This document shows positions 1 to 7,996 of a DNA stretch of 64,000 nucleotides, in pieces (the first letter of the stretch is position 1; every line of letters starts with the position of its first letter). The stretch lies in assembly GCA_014686985.1 (NCBI GenBank), contig GCA_014686985.1_3627.1. One strand, 5' to 3'. The translations under genes and the position numbers were made by a program. The notes beneath the pieces were generated by a model, which saw nothing but the letters and a program-made list of their open reading frames with translations, was not told where the DNA came from and did no database searches. This DNA is from a phage.

Positions 1-15
1 AAAAAAAAAAAATTA

Positions 16-43
16 TTGACACGCTGCAAAATTCAAGTAAACT
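16..43 (+). promoter_or_regulatory. sigma70-like early promoter
   Basis: TTGACA at 16-21, 16-nt spacer, TAAACT at 38-43; followed by 5' UTR hairpin GGCGGGAATGTTTCCCGCC (54-72). Confidence 0.5.
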
Positions 44-91
44 AGACACAAAAGGCGGGAATGTTTCCCGCCAGCACAAAGGAAAAAGATC

Positions 92-496
92 ATGAATAAG
101 AACGTACGCCGCATCATGAACGAGCTGGCAAACGATGAAAAAATTATTGACATGCATTTGATCAACATTTGCCGCCGTTGTGTAACATATAACAACCGCG
201 CCGCAAAAGCGCGTGAGATGAACGCAAAAGGTACCTTAAAGCCATTCCAGGTGGTGGTAAAGGCCATTAAAGATGTAACTAATACGGCAAACCAGGTACA
301 GGGGAACACCAACGAGAGTACCAATATTGATCCGGCTTACATCATGAAACGGATCCGGACCTGCAAGAACAAAGAGCAAGTGTATAATATCATAGACTGG
401 TTGGATTCTATGGGCGATGTGGTTTACAATAGGTTTTCTGCAGCTATCGAGATCCAGCTTGACAGGTTGGACGGTAAAGTACTGAAAACTTACTAA
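92..496 (+). CDS. hypothetical protein (134 aa)
   Basis: ORF track; ATG preceded by purine-rich leader CACAAAGGAAAAAGATC; no recognisable motif. Confidence 0.6.
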   Translation: MNKNVRRIMNELANDEKIIDMHLINICRRCVTYNNRAAKAREMNAKGTLKPFQVVVKAIKDVTNTANQVQGNTNESTNIDPAYIMKRIRTCKNKEQVYNIIDWLDSMGDVVYNRFSAAIEIQLDRLDGKVLKTY

Positions 497-497
497 G

Positions 498-543
498 TTT
501 ATTTTTAGATGGCCTTGACTTCAGGGCCATCAATAAAGTAAAC
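498..543 (+). promoter_or_regulatory. conserved 45-bp intergenic element, copy 1 (promoter with embedded dyad)
   Basis: TTTATTTTTAGATGGCCTTGACTTCAGGGCCATCAATAAAGTAAAC; near-identical copies at 1121-1166 and 4857-4903; contains TTGACT and dyad ATGGCC-N10-GGCCAT. Confidence 0.55.
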
Positions 544-578
544 TAATCTCAACTAAGCGAAAAAAAGGGGGCTTTAAG

Positions 579-698
579 ATGAGCACTACACGCCAATACA
601 CAAAGGTAACTATTATCGTTTGCGTTGTCGGTTACATCCTGGCGCAAATGTTAATGAGTAGCGCTAACAGTTTTGCAAAATTTTTCTTAAATTTTTAA
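579..698 (+). CDS. small hydrophobic peptide (39 aa)
   Basis: ATG 579, stop TAA 696-698 traced by hand; upstream AAAGGGGG RBS; hydrophobic core IIVCVVGYILAQMLM; below ORF-track size cutoff. Confidence 0.4.
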   Translation: MSTTRQYTKVTIIVCVVGYILAQMLMSSANSFAKFFLNF

Positions 699-726
699 TT
701 GACAAACTAACTTAGATCGATATACT
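699..726 (+). promoter_or_regulatory. sigma70-like early promoter
   Basis: TTGACA 699-704, 16-nt spacer, TATACT 721-726; downstream hairpin CGGGAAAACTTCCCAG. Confidence 0.55.
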
Positions 727-777
727 TAAACACGTAAACGGGAAAACTTCCCAGAGCACACAAAAGGAGAAAACACC

Positions 778-1119
778 ATGACTACTATGACCGCCGCAGA
801 AAAAGCTATGCAGATCGCCGCGCTGAAAAAACAGATCGCAGACCTTGAGAACAAGATCGATAACTTTGAAATCGACGAGGACAAGTACGACGAAAACTAT
901 GATGAATGGTTAGACGAGATCTACGGCGAAATTATGATCGGAAACATTTCTTTTCTTCCGTCGCGTATCCTCAAGGAGCTAGATCCTATCGCTTACCGCT
1001 GCGGATTTAGCGACTACATCGACAGCCTGGATATTGAGGAAGATGAAGAATACCAGGAACTACAGACAGAGTTAGAAGAAGCAAAAGAAGAGCTTGCGGA
1101 GCTGGAAGAAAACGAGTAA
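778..1119 (+). CDS. hypothetical acidic protein, coiled-coil-like (113 aa)
   Basis: ORF track; RBS AAGGAGAAAACACC before ATG; Glu/Asp-rich with heptad-like repeats. Confidence 0.6.
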   Translation: MTTMTAAEKAMQIAALKKQIADLENKIDNFEIDEDKYDENYDEWLDEIYGEIMIGNISFLPSRILKELDPIAYRCGFSDYIDSLDIEEDEEYQELQTELEEAKEELAELEENE

Positions 1120-1120
1120 G

Positions 1121-1166
1121 ATTATTTTTAGATGGCCTTGACTCCAGGGCCATCAATAAAGTAAAC
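1121..1166 (+). promoter_or_regulatory. conserved 45-bp intergenic element, copy 2
   Basis: ATTATTTTTAGATGGCCTTGACTCCAGGGCCATCAATAAAGTAAAC, starts 1 nt after the upstream stop codon. Confidence 0.55.
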
Positions 1167-1208
1167 TTTATACTGTTAACACTGAACTAATTCAGAGGAG
1201 TTAAAACC

Positions 1209-1454
1209 ATGGCAGCACTAATCACCAAATATTATGCCCCTACCAACACCAAAAGCGCCCGTGTCATGGTAAAAGGCTTCGGACGTAAAAAGGTTTACAC
1301 CTGGGATTATGCCTTAGACACGGAAGACAACTACACCAACGCGATGACCGATTTTATTAATGATCTGAACACGCGGATCTTGACAAATTATAAAATTACC
1401 GACATTGCCTATATAGGGGAAGGCGGGATCTGTTTTGTCGGTATCGTCAAATAA
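1209..1454 (+). CDS. hypothetical protein (81 aa)
   Basis: ORF track; RBS GAGGAG 7 nt upstream of ATG. Confidence 0.55.
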   Translation: MAALITKYYAPTNTKSARVMVKGFGRKKVYTWDYALDTEDNYTNAMTDFINDLNTRILTNYKITDIAYIGEGGICFVGIVK

Positions 1455-1529
1455 GCTGTTTTTTCGGTGGTCCTGGTAGCAGGGCCATCTATAAAGACAG
1501 TTTATCAACACAATGAAAGGAGAAAGTAC

Positions 1530-1883
1530 ATGATCAGCGGGGCAAGTTTTATTATTGGCGCTATTGCTACGGCTTTAATTGTAAACAAGATCCAATCTAA
1601 AAACGAAAAAGAGAGCAACGCGCTCACAGAATACCCATTTTGGGTATTCAACGACAATGAAGACTACATTATCAAGTACAAGAATGAGAAGGGCGACCAG
1701 GTAACACCGCGACCGATCCCAGCTTACAAGATGCAAGAAACACTATACCGCCTAAAGGCTGGAGGCGCAAAAATCGTAGACTTTTGGGGATATGATTGCA
1801 AGGATCAGGAGGTTATAAAGCGCCGTATCCGGGCTATTCAGGCCAATATTGAAGTTAGCGAGGGGGGAATATATGAAGATTAA
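1530..1883 (+). CDS. hypothetical membrane-anchored protein (117 aa)
   Basis: ATG 1530 preceded by AAAGGAGAAAG; N-terminal hydrophobic helix ISGASFIIGAIATALIV; track start 1467 judged too far upstream. Confidence 0.55.
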   Translation: MISGASFIIGAIATALIVNKIQSKNEKESNALTEYPFWVFNDNEDYIIKYKNEKGDQVTPRPIPAYKMQETLYRLKAGGAKIVDFWGYDCKDQEVIKRRIRAIQANIEVSEGGIYED

Positions 1884-2070
1884 TTTTGAGAAGATTGTAA
1901 AGCGATCTCATGATTCCAAAGAGCTGCCGGAACGACGCCAGCGTAACAATAAACTGAATAAGCCGAAAAGATTTGGGAAGATCTGGCGAAATCACTATGA
2001 TCGCAAATTACCCAGCCTGCTTTTGGAACGTGAACGACAAGCGGAACGATACCGCCACAAAGACAAATAG
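1873..2070 (+). CDS. small basic protein (65 aa)
   Basis: ATG 1873 after GAGGGGGG RBS, overlaps upstream stop; Arg/Lys-rich. Confidence 0.45.
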   Translation: MKINFEKIVKRSHDSKELPERRQRNNKLNKPKRFGKIWRNHYDRKLPSLLLERERQAERYRHKDK

Positions 2071-2077
2071 CAACCAA

Positions 2078-2106
2078 CGCCCCGCCATTGTGCGGGGTTT
2101 TTATTT
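2078..2106 (+). terminator. rho-independent terminator
   Basis: GC hairpin CCCCGCCATTGTGCGGGG followed by TTTTTATTT. Confidence 0.6.
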
Positions 2107-2250
2107 CTATCCTACGAATAGCGCCCATGGTTGGCCCCACAAACGCCATAAAAGCCCCTACCTATGCAATCCCCTTTCTTAACCTGAAAACAGCGTCTAG
2201 GGCCGTTTTATGGCGTTAAAAATGTTATTGACAGTAATTTTATTTAAAGC

Positions 2251-2279
2251 TTGACACCTTGGAATAGTCCGGATATACT
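2251..2279 (+). promoter_or_regulatory. sigma70-like promoter
   Basis: TTGACA 2251-2256, 17-nt spacer, TATACT 2274-2279. Confidence 0.6.
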
Positions 2280-2307
2280 GACCACATCAAAGCAAGGAGG
2301 AAACGCC

Positions 2308-2568
2308 ATGCGTAAATTGAAAAATTTTGATAAGGTAGATGTAGTACTGAATAATTTTTACTACTGCAATAATAAAGCCGTTTGGTGGCGTGATAGTTCC
2401 ACCGATAAAGTTAAGGCGCGCTTTCTCCAAGGGCACTGGCAAGGCCGTCCAGTGATTAAAATCATGGGGCAATTGGTAGCGTTTAAAAATTGCCGCCGTG
2501 TTGATGACGTTGAAGAGATTTTAAGCATTTTGCGCCACAATAATTTAAAAAATAGTGTTGACAAGTAA
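2308..2568 (+). CDS. hypothetical protein (86 aa)
   Basis: ATG 2308 preceded by CAAGGAGGAAACGCC; track start 2251 lies inside the promoter. Confidence 0.6.
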   Translation: MRKLKNFDKVDVVLNNFYYCNNKAVWWRDSSTDKVKARFLQGHWQGRPVIKIMGQLVAFKNCRRVDDVEEILSILRHNNLKNSVDK

Positions 2569-2585
2569 ATCTCGATAAGTATACT
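2558..2585 (+). promoter_or_regulatory. sigma70-like promoter
   Basis: TTGACA 2558-2563 overlapping the upstream stop, 16-nt spacer, TATACT 2580-2585; followed by hairpin GGCGGGAAAACTTCCCGCC 2596-2614. Confidence 0.6.
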
Positions 2586-2642
2586 TAAACACACAGGCGG
2601 GAAAACTTCCCGCCACTAACAAAGAAAATAGGAGAAAATATC

Positions 2643-3266
2643 ATGACCACCGTTAACATTACCACAGGTTACAATTTATCTTTCGACGTGCTGACCGATG
2701 AACAAAAAGAAAAAGCTATTGAAATGGTCCGCGAAAGAGAAGAACACAGCGGGGATAACTTTTTTGCAGAAAGTGTAATTGAAGACTATAAAGAACATAT
2801 CTTTCCAGAGTATGGCCTTGAAGATACCAAGGTACATTGGTCCGGCTTTTGGTGCCAGGGCGACGGCGCGTCAATCAGTGCGGAAAACGTGGATTTAGAA
2901 AAATTCTTGCGTAAAGTCAAGTCTCTGACTAAATTCCGCTCAATTCGTCACTTGTTCGGCACAATGCACGATGGCGAGCTATCCGCAAGTGTTGAGCGTG
3001 ATCCATATAGCCGCTATAGTCACGAAAACACTGTAAGCGGGTACATCGATACTACATGGCTAGACCTGACAGCCAAGCAAGAAAGTAAGGTTGAAGAGCT
3101 GGAAGAGCTGATCACCGAGACGGTACGGGAGCTATCCCGCAAGGTTTATGTAGACCTGGAGGAGGCCTATCTTGAACAGTTTACTACCGAAAACCTGATC
3201 GGCCTTATTGAAGCCAATGATTGGCGGTTTAATGTGGATGAATATGGGGAGATGAGTTTTTCATAA
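2643..3266 (+). CDS. hypothetical protein (207 aa)
   Basis: ORF track; RBS AGGAGAAAATATC before ATG; acidic. Confidence 0.65.
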   Translation: MTTVNITTGYNLSFDVLTDEQKEKAIEMVREREEHSGDNFFAESVIEDYKEHIFPEYGLEDTKVHWSGFWCQGDGASISAENVDLEKFLRKVKSLTKFRSIRHLFGTMHDGELSASVERDPYSRYSHENTVSGYIDTTWLDLTAKQESKVEELEELITETVRELSRKVYVDLEEAYLEQFTTENLIGLIEANDWRFNVDEYGEMSFS

Positions 3267-3355
3267 ATAAAGTGTTGCAATAATCTAAAAACCTGCTATA
3301 TTAAAACTCAAGGGGCGAGATGACTTGCCCCACACAAAACAAAGAGGAAAACATC

Positions 3356-3736
3356 ATGAAAAACACCACCAAGGCTATTGACACCGTTATGTTTAACCTG
3401 GTTACATTCCGTGAAGATATGAAAGATCTTCCACGTGAAACTGTGTGCGACCATATCGAAAACTATCGCAAACTAATCAAAGAGTTGCCTTTAAAACGTG
3501 ACCAATATGCGGCTAACGCTATGCTTAACGCCATGATCAAAAAGATGATTCAGTGTGATTTAACTCTGGCCTATGATTATGCAGGTGGTCGTTTTGCAGT
3601 ATACAATCAGCCCGTGCCTGGTATGAGCACCACCGAAGAATTGCACGCGCTCAATCTAAAACAAGATGTGTGGGATAGTATGCCCCGCGTGGTGGTATGG
3701 GTAGAAAGCGGAAAGATTTACGGCGATAATTTTTAA
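3356..3736 (+). CDS. hypothetical protein (126 aa)
   Basis: ATG 3356 after AAAGAGGAAAACATC; upstream 5' UTR hairpin GGGGCGAGATGACTTGCCCC. Confidence 0.6.
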   Translation: MKNTTKAIDTVMFNLVTFREDMKDLPRETVCDHIENYRKLIKELPLKRDQYAANAMLNAMIKKMIQCDLTLAYDYAGGRFAVYNQPVPGMSTTEELHALNLKQDVWDSMPRVVVWVESGKIYGDNF

Positions 3737-3746
3737 TCAGGTAACA

Positions 3747-3776
3747 GGCGGCGGCATATTTGCCGCCTTATTGTTA
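3747..3776 (+). terminator. rho-independent terminator
   Basis: hairpin GGCGGCGGCATATTTGCCGCC followed by TTATTGTT. Confidence 0.55.
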
Positions 3777-3803
3777 ATCAGAACTGTAAAAGAGGTACAT
3801 AGA

Positions 3804-4175
3804 ATGGAATTTATTATTTTGGCTATATTAGTTGCCTTGTTTAACGCCTGGATCGCTGGCAAGATGGGCAGATCCGCCTTTTTATGGTTTATTATATCTA
3901 TTTTCCTGGGAGTGGTTGCAACTATTGTATTGGTTATCCTTGCAATTGTTGACAAGGGGAATAATAGAAAGGGTAAAGTATTTTCAGACCTGTACGACGC
4001 TCAAACATTTGTCAACGCCTACTACAGCGATCTTCCAGTCTCCCTACGTTGCAGCCTTGCACAACAGGTTTTCGATGAAGCTAAAACCAGAGATCACGCC
4101 CATGAGATTTGTTTAACTGAGGCGGATCGCCTATTTGAGAGGAATAGAAAATATGTGGACCAGCCGTTTAAATAA
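3804..4175 (+). CDS. hypothetical membrane protein (123 aa)
   Basis: ATG 3804 after AAAGAGG; two hydrophobic helices in the N-terminal half. Confidence 0.55.
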   Translation: MEFIILAILVALFNAWIAGKMGRSAFLWFIISIFLGVVATIVLVILAIVDKGNNRKGKVFSDLYDAQTFVNAYYSDLPVSLRCSLAQQVFDEAKTRDHAHEICLTEADRLFERNRKYVDQPFK

Positions 4176-4285
4176 TGCCACGTTAATTAATCCCTTTAGT
4201 GAAGATTTGAAGCCAGCCGCCTGGCGCGATGGATTCAATAACGAAAGCTTTATTTTCAGGCCTGATCTTAAGGAATTTTATAACA

Positions 4286-4411
4286 ATGGATCGAACAACG
4301 ACAGAGATAATTTTTCTTGTAATGTGCGTGGTGATAATACTCCTGGGGGCCATTGCAAACCACGTCACTGCTAACAGGAGGGGAGGGGGAGACGATGACA
4401 ACCAAGGATAA
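4286..4411 (+). CDS. small transmembrane peptide (41 aa)
   Basis: ATG 4286; single hydrophobic helix IIFLVMCVVIILLGAIA; an alternative overlapping frame (4153-4374) exists, so the call is uncertain. Confidence 0.35.
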   Translation: MDRTTTEIIFLVMCVVIILLGAIANHVTANRRGGGDDDNQG

Positions 4412-4514
4412 GCCCCGCACCGATAAGGTGCGCCGTGTTATGGTATGGCTTGAGATCATCGCCCTTGAAATATTGTTAGGCGTAGGGATGTACTTTATCG
4501 CTGTAAGTAACTGA
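4395..4514 (+). CDS. small transmembrane peptide (39 aa)
   Basis: ATG 4395 after GGAGGGGGAG RBS, stop TGA 4512-4514 traced by hand; hydrophobic VWLEIIALEILLGVGMYFIAV. Confidence 0.4.
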   Translation: MTTKDKPRTDKVRRVMVWLEIIALEILLGVGMYFIAVSN

Positions 4515-4519
4515 TAACG

Positions 4520-4550
4520 GCCCCCAATCCCTGGGGGCTTAACTTTTTCA
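4520..4550 (+). terminator. rho-independent terminator
   Basis: hairpin GCCCCCAATCCCTGGGGGC followed by TTAACTTTTT. Confidence 0.55.
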
Positions 4551-4570
4551 AAAATTTTTCTTCCCGGGTG

Positions 4571-4600
4571 TTGCAATCCGGTCCGGAATATGGATAATAA
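4571..4600 (+). promoter_or_regulatory. sigma70-like promoter (TTGCAA / ATAATA class)
   Basis: TTGCAA 4571-4576, 17-nt spacer ending AATATGG, ATAATA 4594-4599; same architecture at 5730-5758. Confidence 0.5.
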
Positions 4601-4654
4601 CAATCAACGGGGAAACATCCCCACCAACACAAAAACCAGAAAGGAGAAACAAAA

Positions 4655-4855
4655 ATGAGCAACAATATCCGCGTTATTAACTTCAAAAAAGAAGAAAAAA
4701 TTGCCGTGCTGATTGACGGTCAAGAAATCTTCAAGGGCGACTATGAAGATCATCAAACGGCGATTAGTATCACTCGCGTGATTGGTTACCATAATTTTTA
4801 CCCCCAAGGCGCTGAGGCGGCGGTTAAACGAATCAAAGAGATTGTAGGCCTGTAA
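4655..4855 (+). CDS. hypothetical protein (66 aa)
   Basis: ORF track; RBS AAAGGAGAAAC before ATG. Confidence 0.6.
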   Translation: MSNNIRVINFKKEEKIAVLIDGQEIFKGDYEDHQTAISITRVIGYHNFYPQGAEAAVKRIKEIVGL

Positions 4856-4856
4856 A

Positions 4857-4903
4857 ATTTATTTTTAGATGGCCTTGACTCTAGGGCCATCAATAAAGTA
4901 AAT
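4857..4903 (+). promoter_or_regulatory. conserved 45-bp intergenic element, copy 3
   Basis: AATTTATTTTTAGATGGCCTTGACTCTAGGGCCATCAATAAAGTAAAT. Confidence 0.55.
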
Positions 4904-4946
4904 TTAAACCCTGTTAAAATAATCAGTGCAAAAAGGAGTAATGATC

Positions 4947-5246
4947 ATGTTTATCCAGGCTAATAATCTTTATTTCTTTGATGGTCAGATCGTAGACGGC
5001 GTGGAGGTGGAAATCACCGGGTGCCCTGGCGGTCAGGTTATGACTTTTCGGAATAATGCCTTTGATGATTCTCATATCGTTATGAGAATGGAAGTTAGTA
5101 AGCTGGATGACAAGAAAACACTTATCGACTATTCTGTGAAAGATCATCCAGACTACCACATGATCTATGGTGATTTGTGCGTTGTTGACCGTGACAAGGT
5201 GGGCGGCATTGTGATCGCTATTGTGAACGATGTTTTCTCAAACTAA
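4947..5246 (+). CDS. hypothetical protein (99 aa)
   Basis: ATG 4947, 8 nt after AAAGGAG; alternative ATG 4941 / GTG 4926 less well spaced. Confidence 0.55.
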   Translation: MFIQANNLYFFDGQIVDGVEVEITGCPGGQVMTFRNNAFDDSHIVMRMEVSKLDDKKTLIDYSVKDHPDYHMIYGDLCVVDRDKVGGIVIAIVNDVFSN

Positions 5247-5263
5247 TTTCAGCAGGTGATTTT

Positions 5264-5614
5264 ATGAAAGTAAAACTATATTACCTTAATGAGCTTAACC
5301 CCCTTGCCCAGGTCCGCGCCATAGCTAATACCTTGATTTGTGAGAAATCTGTATATTGTGTTGAGCTTAACGCCATGCGTGAACGTCTCAAAGGTGGTTA
5401 CTTTGACATCCATACTGCAATCAACGGCCTGAATATGGAATTTATACGCTTACGTAACAGCCGCTGGAATCTGGCAAGAATGGAACAAGATCCGGCCTAC
5501 CTTCGTAAGCTGGTTATTGAAAATCATCTGATGTTTAATGCCGAGGGTGATTATTACCATTTTCACCGCAGACGCTGGTACCGTGGCGGCAATACAGGCA
5601 AGAATGCAAAATAA
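5264..5614 (+). CDS. hypothetical protein (116 aa)
   Basis: ORF track; followed by GC hairpins 5615-5690. Confidence 0.55.
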   Translation: MKVKLYYLNELNPLAQVRAIANTLICEKSVYCVELNAMRERLKGGYFDIHTAINGLNMEFIRLRNSRWNLARMEQDPAYLRKLVIENHLMFNAEGDYYHFHRRRWYRGGNTGKNAK

Positions 5615-5729
5615 GGCCCCTAGCAGGGCCTGCAGCAATATAATCACATAAAGGCTATGCGGTTGCATGGCCTTTATTATTTTGGCGTTACAACGGCATA
5701 CGGGGCGCTTAAAAATTTTTAAAAAGTAC

Positions 5730-5758
5730 TTGCATCATTCCCAACAATATGGATAATA
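5730..5758 (+). promoter_or_regulatory. sigma70-like promoter (TTGCAT / ATAATA class)
   Basis: TTGCAT 5730-5735, 17-nt spacer ending AATATGG, ATAATA 5753-5758; downstream hairpin GGGGGGCGGCCCCCC. Confidence 0.5.
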
Positions 5759-5814
5759 GGACGCATCAGGGGGGCGGCCCCCAATCATTAACCGGATAGA
5801 TAGGAGTTAAAACC

Positions 5815-6099
5815 ATGGCTATTGTTACCGTTGGCGATGTAGTGGAAATGGAAGCAAAATACTTAAAAGCGGGTATGCATATCCTTCGGAACGATCAAGA
5901 AATGTTGCTGACTATGGTTGACTATAATCCTGGGCAGGATTATCCTAGCGTTGACTACTTTTTCCAGTATGTTGATGAAGAATTAAAAGAGGATGAGGCT
6001 TATTGCGGTGAGTTCTGCAACTTCTTTTGCCCGGATGAAGTTGTAAAAGTTATCTATCAACCTGGCGTACCTTTCCCGCTACACGCTATCAATAAATAA
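5815..6099 (+). CDS. hypothetical protein (94 aa)
   Basis: ORF track; RBS TAGGAG before ATG. Confidence 0.6.
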   Translation: MAIVTVGDVVEMEAKYLKAGMHILRNDQEMLLTMVDYNPGQDYPSVDYFFQYVDEELKEDEAYCGEFCNFFCPDEVVKVIYQPGVPFPLHAINK

Positions 6100-6155
6100 A
6101 CCTGGCGGGGCCGAAAAGGCCCCCCAATTATGAAAATAAAGAGAGGCAAATCATC

Positions 6156-6386
6156 ATGATGGAACAAATTAAACGCGCCGAGGCTATTAATGGCAACGTG
6201 ATCTATTTTGTCAGCAATAACGAAAAAGGCGTACCATATGCGGCGGTAATAGTACAGCCTGACGGCGATTATTGGTTTACTGTGTACGGCGCTTACTCTT
6301 TTGGGCGTCCAGTGCATGATAAAATTTTGAAAGTAGCGAACCCTACCGGGAAGAATATCACAGCAGAAAAATTTTTTGAAAAATAG
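6156..6386 (+). CDS. hypothetical protein (76 aa)
   Basis: ORF track; RBS AGAGAGG; upstream hairpin GGCGGGGCCGAAAAGGCCCCCC. Confidence 0.55.
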   Translation: MMEQIKRAEAINGNVIYFVSNNEKGVPYAAVIVQPDGDYWFTVYGAYSFGRPVHDKILKVANPTGKNITAEKFFEK

Positions 6387-6414
6387 TTGACATGGCCTTA
6401 TAAGACTGTAGAAT
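6387..6414 (+). promoter_or_regulatory. sigma70-like promoter
   Basis: TTGACA 6387-6392, 16-nt spacer, TAGAAT 6409-6414. Confidence 0.45.
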
Positions 6415-6466
6415 ATAAATCAAAGGGGGCAACAAGCCCCACCAACCACAAAGAGGATAAAAAATC

Positions 6467-6646
6467 ATGGCTATTATTGCAAAGACTGAGATCGTAGGCT
6501 TAGATTCTATTCTCCTCGCATATGAGGAAGCTATAGAAATGTATGTGGTTTCCTATGGTGAATATATCCGTGAATATAAATCTATTGATCTGGCTTTTGA
6601 ATGTTATATTCGCCAGGTTAATAAAGCGTACGATGATTATCGTTAA
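6467..6646 (+). CDS. hypothetical protein (59 aa)
   Basis: ATG 6467 after AAAGAGGATAAAAAATC, stop TAA 6644-6646 traced by hand; below ORF-track cutoff. Confidence 0.5.
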   Translation: MAIIAKTEIVGLDSILLAYEEAIEMYVVSYGEYIREYKSIDLAFECYIRQVNKAYDDYR

Positions 6647-6736
6647 AATAGCTTGACAACAAACAACCATCTAACAAAGCATAATACATAAGGCGGTGGA
6701 ATGGTCCGCCACCTGGAACAAGAAGAGGAAAACAAG

Positions 6737-6838
6737 ATGAAACAGAAATTAATTGATGCGGTGATCCTGGTTATTGCCCTGGGTATTGGCCTGATTGCAA
6801 CCATGTCTAATATGATCTTGTCTTCCAACGGTATCGGG
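6737..6838 (+). CDS. small transmembrane peptide (33 aa)
   Basis: ATG 6737 after AAGAAGAGGAAAAC; hydrophobic AVILVIALGIGLIATM; stop overlaps the RBS of the next gene. Confidence 0.45.
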
Positions 6839-6850
6839 TGAGGTTGGCAA

Positions 6851-7066
6851 ATGATCACTAACAAAACAGGCAAAACAGAATTTTTACGCAACTTACAGAT
6901 CGGCAAGCCTGAGATCTGGTATTGCACTAAAACACCACGTGACGAAATGAAAGACTTCACCGCCACGCTGCAACGGGTAAAGATATCCATCACGCAGAAA
7001 AAGGCCTTATTAGTGGTGGAAGGTGAGATCCCCCAAACCGTTGTTATAGTTGAGCGTACAGCATAG
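6851..7066 (+). CDS. hypothetical protein (71 aa)
   Basis: ORF track; RBS GGTGAGG. Confidence 0.55.
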   Translation: MITNKTGKTEFLRNLQIGKPEIWYCTKTPRDEMKDFTATLQRVKISITQKKALLVVEGEIPQTVVIVERTA

Positions 7067-7157
7067 TTTAATTTATACCGATACCCGAAAATTAACCAAC
7101 AAAGCATAAACAGGCGGTTACCGCCGCCTTAAACGTAGCAGAAAGAGGATAGACACA

Positions 7158-7442
7158 ATGAAAAAGATGATCGCAGTGGTTGCCCTGGTTGTTGGACTTA
7201 ATGCGCCTGTAATGGCTAAAGAGCTGGCAAAAGAGGTTAATCTAACGGATATTCATGCCGTCAATCAAATCGGGGTTACTTATCGCTTATGCCTTGCCGC
7301 TAAAACTTTCCAGGACGGCACGACAGAGTACTACGGATTCGAGGGTATCCGGTGCGGTGAGCTTGCTCGCGACCTTAAGGAAGATCCAGATCTGGAAGAT
7401 CTACCCATCACCGTAAACGGTAAAGCTTACGTAAACCGTTAA
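7158..7442 (+). CDS. hypothetical secreted/periplasmic protein (94 aa)
   Basis: N-terminal signal-peptide-like MKKMIAVVALVVGLNAPVMA; RBS AAAGAGGATAG. Confidence 0.6.
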   Translation: MKKMIAVVALVVGLNAPVMAKELAKEVNLTDIHAVNQIGVTYRLCLAAKTFQDGTTEYYGFEGIRCGELARDLKEDPDLEDLPITVNGKAYVNR

Positions 7443-7444
7443 CC

Positions 7445-7579
7445 ATGAGAAAGATAACCATCACCTTGGGGATTGTGGTAGCAATACTGGCGCTCTTTCC
7501 CCTTATGGTTAGGTATGTGCTGATCAGTGTTGTCCTGATAGTCAGTGATCTATTGGAAACGGTTGGCACCTTGTTTTAA
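7445..7579 (+). CDS. small membrane protein (44 aa)
   Basis: ATG 7445, 2 nt after upstream stop; two hydrophobic stretches; stop TAA 7577-7579. Confidence 0.4.
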   Translation: MRKITITLGIVVAILALFPLMVRYVLISVVLIVSDLLETVGTLF

Positions 7580-7592
7580 AGAGCGATAAAAA

Positions 7593-7784
7593 ATGAATAT
7601 CGAACAAGTTAGAAAGGTATTAGCGGTACTGCGTTATCATAATCATAGAAAGGTCATAGACGATCCTGATTATGTTGATTCAAGCCTGGAAGAGGATACA
7701 CTACAAGCCATAAGTAACATGCAAGAATTGCTAAAGCGCATGACAGAGAAAAACCGACCGGACTACATAGGCGAAAAAATATAA
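7593..7784 (+). CDS. hypothetical protein (63 aa)
   Basis: ORF track. Confidence 0.5.
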   Translation: MNIEQVRKVLAVLRYHNHRKVIDDPDYVDSSLEEDTLQAISNMQELLKRMTEKNRPDYIGEKI

Positions 7785-7801
7785 TATTTATAAACTACAA
7801 A

Positions 7802-7830
7802 ACAGGGCTTGCAATGGTCCTGTTTTTTGT
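7802..7830 (+). terminator. rho-independent terminator
   Basis: stem ACAGG/CCTGT with loop, followed by TTTTTTGTT. Confidence 0.55.
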
Positions 7831-7913
7831 TATACTTATTCCACGGCAGGCACCTGGCGACGGGGGGGAGACAATCACCGGGCCTGCCTGTCATATAAGA
7901 ACTATAAAAACCG

Positions 7914-7942
7914 TTGACATCTGCCATGGGGTGAGGTAACAT
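7914..7942 (+). promoter_or_regulatory. sigma70-like promoter
   Basis: TTGACA 7914-7919, 17-nt spacer, TAACAT 7937-7942; downstream hairpin GGGGCAAAAGTGCCC. Confidence 0.5.
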
Positions 7943-7996
7943 TTATCTTGAAGGGGCAAAAGTGCCCACACAACAACCAGGAGAGAGGAAAACACT

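Noticed and set aside
498-543. 45-bp element as a rho-independent terminator
   Set aside because: The T tract lies upstream of the hairpin on the plus strand and the minus-strand reading is followed by an A-rich tract, so neither strand gives hairpin-then-U-run; promoter/operator interpretation preferred
2251-2307. Upstream extension of the 2308 gene to the track start at 2251
   Set aside because: The extension would begin inside the TTGACA -35 hexamer and lacks an RBS; the ATG at 2308 has a GGAGG RBS
4135-4374. Alternative 79-aa ORF overlapping the small TM peptide genes
   Set aside because: Low-complexity Asn/Asp/Gly-rich translation; the overlapping frames encoding hydrophobic helices with RBSs look more gene-like, though this remains uncertain
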